From positions 62,001 to 126,000 of the forward strand of contig JAVECO010000024.1 of the NCBI GenBank assembly GCA_051942205.1: 64,000 bases of DNA. Reading direction: 5' to 3'. Under the pieces are notes generated by a model, which was not told the origin of the DNA, ran no database searches, and saw only the letters and a list, made by a program, of their open reading frames with translations. A program made the position numbers and the translations under genes. Positions within the stretch are counted from its first letter, which is position 1, and each line of letters begins with the position of its first letter. This stretch comes from Coniocarpon cinnabarinum. Taxonomy: Eukaryota. Shown piece after piece: positions 62,124 to 64,000 of this stretch.

Positions 62124-62495
62124 ATGCGTGTGAATGGTAAATCCTGGTCTTGAGCTGCTCATCGGATTACGGCTGACGCCTCACCAGGAAAGAACTGGCA
62201 TGCGCCACGCCAACCGCTCCGATCCGCTTTCAAAAGTGTGCGACGCGCCTCGTCCAGCTCAAACTACTTGGAGCGCATGGCAAAGACACAGGCCACCGCG
62301 ACTACCAAGGCCAAAGAGCGGGAGATGAAAGACGAAAAAGAGGCCGTGCGACAGCTGCACATCCAGAACATCAAAGAACGACGTGCGAAGAGAGAGGAGA
62401 AAGAGCGATATGAGAAATTGCAGGAAAAGATGCATCGAAAGCGTGTGGAAAGGTTGAAGAAACGAGAGAAGAGGAACAAATTGCTCAACTCATGA
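62124..62495 (+). CDS. CGR1: rRNA-processing protein Cgr1; 2 exons (start may lie further upstream)
   Basis: MRVNG|KNWH...[12 protein letters not shown]...[33 protein letters not shown] matches the Cgr1 family. Confidence 0.9.
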
Positions 62496-62585
62496 GACGC
62501 GTGACGAAAATCGACGGCAATCAGCGCAGGCGTTGGGAAGATGTGTGCCAGTAGAACACAGGGTATCATTGTCATTGAAAAATCA

Positions 62586-64000
62586 TCAAGGCCTCTTCTC
62601 GGGCTGTTTGTACTCCTCCTGACTCCCTTCTGATGTGGTTTCACTGCTCTCCACGGCTTGACCCTCTTCTTCACTGTTCTCATCGTTGGCGATCAGAATG
62701 CCGCGATATTCTGCGCCATTTGCTGTTTGGACGACATCCAGTTTCCAAGGCTGACCTGGCCGAACATTCTCAGCCCACTCCTCGGTCTGTAGGATGTAGT
62801 CCTCGATCTGCTCCAGTGAGTGCGTCAGATCGTGCTTTCGGATCTCGCGCTCATTCATGATTGTCGTCTGCTTGCCGTCTGAAGAAGCCAACGTAGCAAT
62901 GTACTTTTCTTGCTTTGGATCCATTTTTGGTGGTCGAGCGAGCTTGGTGGCTTTGATGGTTCTCTCTGGCGTTCCTCCAACGAGCTTCTGCCCGCCGAGC
63001 TCGATACCTCCCACGATCGGCCGTCTTCGTGGTTGGCCCTCTTCGGGGGGACCATTCTCCTGCTCGGACTTGAACAGCTCGTAGGCAGCTTGTGCGGCCT
63101 TGCCTTTCTTCCAGGCGTCTTCTTCATCTGGACTCACAATCTCCTGGCAAGTGATTGGATTCGGTCTGCTTATCTGTGGCGGCAGAAACGCAGCTTCATT
63201 GCAAAGTTTCGGGGTATGGATGACCATCAGATAGGAGCAAGTGGCAACCTCCTTCACCATGCTTATCCGATCGCCAAAGTTGGGATTACAGTGGTACTGG
63301 ACCTCGATCTGACGCGCGTCTCCTGTCAAATCACATTTCGTGCCACCCCCAAGCTTCTGCACGAGGAAGTTGGATTCACCCCTTGTTTGTAAATGTGCCG
63401 ACATATCTGCATCTGACGAAGCTGTTTTGGTCTCTTCGTTTTGATCTCGAGTCACAAGCTCATCGTTCTTCTTTTCATCGTTCTGGAATCTTCCCAGCTC
63501 AAAATTTGTCACCGCTGGATCAGGCGTTGGTGGATACAAGGGTCGGCCGCGCGTGGGAGGTAGCGGGTGGAATTGGCTGATTTGTTCGCCATAGCAGAAT
63601 GCGTATAACCACCAGCCCGTTCCCGAGTACAGACAATTTCCCTTCATATCCTGCAACAGCCTCGAGCCTGAATCCGAGGCCTTGATTAAATCCTGCTGCT
63701 GCATAGATTCGACTGTGCTATTGTCTTCTGATTGTGAAGAGACTTGAGGTATTGCGCACAGGAACGGCCGGTCATGCAAGACCATGCGCTCATAGGTGCC
63801 GTCTGACGTGTGCTCTTGAGTTCCTTCTCCAAGCACTTGCTGCTGCTTGATCAAGTCCAACGAAGTCTTTTCACTTCGATCCACTCCAAGCTCGAGCTTC
63901 TTTGAAGCCTCACCAAGACCCACGAAGCTTTCAGAGAAGACGACTTCATACTTCACAGAGGTTAGCTGCTGCTAACACGAGCAAAGGCGTAGACGAACCT
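62586..64000 (-). CDS. YOS9: ER lectin Yos9/OS-9 (PRKCSH/MRH domain); 5' end beyond the window, intron 63951-63998
   Basis: CLYSGTGWWLYAFCYGEQISQFH, LVQKLGGGTKCDLTG..RQIEVQYHC, KEVATCSYLMVIHTPKLC. Confidence 0.92.

Overview
Gene-dense, intron-containing nuclear DNA of a filamentous ascomycete. Evidence: GT..CTRAC..YAG introns and Pezizomycotina-type orthologues; finer taxonomy cannot be determined from the sequence. Recognisable genes: RHO3, a VIT/vWA protein with FG-like repeats, an SMP/LEA-like protein, a small 12-Cys secreted protein, a GRF zinc-finger protein, a PTH11-like membrane protein, a PEBP, an isochorismatase-family hydrolase, DNM1, ABP1, an F-box/zinc-finger protein, JAC1, VPS10, an ORT1-like mitochondrial carrier, CGR1 and YOS9 (partial). 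The main discovery is the ~16 kb interval between JAC1 and VPS10 (39.5-55.3 kb), which looks empty in the ORF track. Manual splicing reveals six co-oriented, microexon-rich paralogues (A-F). Each has an N-terminal M-C-x4-C-x2-C-x9/11-C-x2/3-C-x10/11-H-x2-C putative zinc-binding module (partly degenerate in C) and 3-6 copies of an AP[WYF]GxKx[DN]GxPYxTSPxxR repeat followed by basic helices. A-E also have an Arg/Ser-rich tail. I cannot assign this family to a known domain. The array also contains a 404-bp hAT-like MITE, GC-AG introns, near-intron pairs and a premature stop in a skippable exon. All gene models are manual predictions without transcript support.
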